Shown: positions 61,507-64,000 of the stretch, piece by piece
Layout: the number at the start of each line of letters is the position of its first letter
Numbering within the stretch: the stretch's first letter is position 1
NCBI GenBank assembly: GCA_951406725.2
Contig: OX597827.1
Coordinates: forward strand, 84,072,001 to 84,136,000
DNA: 64,000 nt
Reading direction: 5' to 3'
Origin: Octopus vulgaris
Lineage: Eukaryota
The notes under the pieces: generated by a model
Seen by the model: only the letters and a program-made list of their open reading frames with translations
Database searches by the model: none
What the model was told of the DNA's origin: nothing
Program-made: the position numbers and the translations under genes

Positions 61507-63754
61507 GAGGAGAATGAATGGGAGGAGGAGAGCCTGCCAAATGTTGACCCAGTAGAGGGACCAGCTACCCGAATAGACAGCTCCCTTGTAGTTAAGGCAA
61601 TTAATGATATGAAACCAGGTAAAGCCCCTGGCCCAACAGGAATCACTGCTGAGTTGCTTAAAACAGCTGGCTATGTGGGCTATGGCCTAGTCACCCGCAT
61701 TGTAAACCAGGTAGTTCATAATGGAGTCATACCCAATGACTGGCGTAGCAGCACCATAGTCAACTGCTACAAGGGTAAGGGTGATGCTCTAGATAGAAAT
61801 AACTACAGGGGTATCAAACAGTTGGATCAGGTGATGAAGGTCACAGAGAGGGTCATAACCCATCTCATTAGGGAGAGAATTTGCTTAGATGAGATGCAGT
61901 TCGGTTTTGTGCCGGGTAGAAGCACCACTGATGCTATATTCCTGGTCCGACAACTGCAGGAGAAGTACCTAGCTAAAGATAAACCCATCTACATAGCTTT
62001 TGTGGACTTGGAGAAAGCCTTTGACAGGGTTCCCCGTTCCCTTATCTGGTGGTCGATGCGGAAACTGGAGATTGACGAATGGCTAATAAGGGCTGTACAG
62101 GCTCTATACAGAGAGGCTGTCAGCAAGGTTAGGATTGGCAACGAATATAGTGAAGAATTCCGGGTAGAAGTAGGTGTGCACCAAGGCTCAGCCCTCAGTC
62201 CCCTTTTATTCATCATAGTCCTCCAGGCAATAACAGAGGAATTCAAAACAGGATGCCCCTGGGAGCTCCTCTATGCTGATGACCTGGCTCTCATAGCAGA
62301 ATCACTTCCGGAACTAGAAAAGAAATTTCGGGTGTGGAAGCAAGGGTTAGAATCAAAGGGCCTTAGAGTAAATGTAGCAAAGACCAAAGTTATAGTAAGC
62401 AGAAAGGCAAACTCAGCACACACCCCCTCGGGCAGGTGGCCCTGCTCGATCTGTAGGAAAGGTGTAGGTAGAAACTCCATAAGATGCACCCAATGTAAGC
62501 TATGGACGCACAAGAGGTGCAGCAACATTAAAGGGAAATTAACAGATAAGATAGCTTTCATGTGTGGCAGATGCACAGGGACAATAGACACCACAGACAC
62601 TCAGAAAACAGATTCCATCACACTCCAGGGAGAGAAACTAGAAGTAGTTGATAGTTTCCGCTACCTGGGTGACCAAGTTAGTAGTGGAGGTGGATGCACA
62701 GAGAGTATCACCACTAGAATACGAATAGCCTGGGCAAAGTTTAGAAAGCTCCTACCCCTACTGGCGACAAAGGGTCTCTCGCTCAGAGTGAAAGGTAGAT
62801 TGTACAATGCATGCGTGCGAACTGCCATGCTTCACGGTAGTGAAACATGGGCTGTGACTGCAGAGGACATGCGTAGACTTGAAAGAAATGAAGCTAGCAT
62901 GATCCGCTGGATGTGTAATGTCAGTGTGCACGCACGACAGAGTGTAAGCACCCTGAGAGAAATGCTGGGTATAAGAAGCATCAGATGTGGTGTGCAAGAG
63001 CGACGCTTGCGATGGTATGGTCATGTGCTGTGGATGGATGAGGAGAGATGTGCGAAGAAGTGCTACTCCCAAACAGTTGAAGGTATCAGGGGAAGAGGTA
63101 GACCCAGGAAGACATGGGATGAGGTAGTCAAGCATGACCTCAGAGCGATGGGCCTCACTGAGCAATGGCGAAGGACCGAGATCTCTGGAGATATGTTGTG
63201 ACTGCAAAGACCCGGGCTGCTTCCTGCATCAGTTCCGCATAGCCCCTGCCCATTCAAAGTACCCCGGATCCCAGAACGTCCCGCTGTGCTTGAGGAGACC
63301 TGTTGAGTCAAGTACATGAACATGAACGTCGAAATAAATATCAATGGAAATAGTAGTTGTGATGCCTGTGCCGGTGGCACATAAAAAGCACCATCCAAAC
63401 GTGGCCGATGCCAGCACCGCCCCGACTGGCTCCTGTGCCAGTGGCACATAAAAAGACCATCCGAACGTTGCCAGCGCCGCCTTGGCTGGCTTCCGTGCTG
63501 CTGGCATGTTAAAAGCTCCAACTGATCGTGACCGATGCCGAACCCCCCCTGGCACCTGTGCAGGTGGCACGTAAAAAGCACCGACTACACTCACGGAGTG
63601 GTTGGCGTTAGGAAGGGCATCCAGCCGTAGAAACTCTGCCAGATCAGACTGGAGCCTGGAGCAGCCCCTGGCTTCCCAGACCCCAGTCGAACCGTCCAAC
63701 CCGTGCTAGCGCGGAAAACGGACGTTAAACGATGATGATGATGATGATGATGAT
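61507..63754 (+). mobile_element. Young 5'-truncated RTE LINE: ~560 uninterrupted codons of ORF2 (RT + PHD), 3' UTR modules and (GAT)n tail
   Basis: Open from EENEWEEE to 63201 ([49 protein letters not shown]). An apparent 1-nt deletion near 63162 shifts the last codons. No APE domain. Confidence 0.95.
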
Positions 63755-64000
63755 ATATATATATATATGAGGCTGCACCAGACTCCAGTCTGATCTGGGA
63801 ATATTTCTACAGCTGGATTTCCTTCGTAACACCACCCACTGTGTGTGCTTTTTATGTGCCACCTGCACAGGGGCCAGAGGGGGCTGGCATCAACCACCAT
63901 CGGATGAAGATTTTGTACCTTTGCATTCCAATTAGAGAAACACTATAAATACTTTAGTTGATCAAAAATGAGACATTTTTATATTTGGTTCAGTTGATAT

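Overview
This is AT-rich, repeat-dense eukaryotic DNA. The SINE, RTE-LINE and microsatellite families suggest a coleoid cephalopod, probably Octopus (inference). One host gene runs on the minus strand across about 1.7-53.7 kb. I reconstructed 16 phase-consistent GT-AG exons by hand (2291 nt, 763 codons) plus one probable upstream exon. They encode a DUF4062 (TIR-like) domain followed by a STAND/NACHT-like P-loop NTPase (GESGCGKS; VLVFDALN) and a helical region, an architecture like NPHP3/TEP1/TPR-repeat proteins; the gene continues past the window start. The introns hold many RTE-clade LINEs (one nearly full length), Tx1/L1, R4-like and Penelope remnants, a full-length decayed mariner, two Tc1 elements, a DD37D fragment, Helitron-like elements, hAT- and piggyBac-type MITEs, tRNA-SINEs and microsatellites. 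Most notable: (i) the dominant RTE family carries a PHD (C4HC3) finger inside the RT domain; (ii) its 3' UTR is a variable-copy array of ~60-67-nt hairpin modules, expanded at 56.3-58.4 kb into a higher-order satellite; (iii) it repeatedly sits in (TA)n tracts; (iv) type I hammerhead ribozymes occur in Penelope-type repeats; (v) a 2.2-kb imperfect palindrome carries homologous N/S/T-rich ORFs. All coordinates were read by eye.
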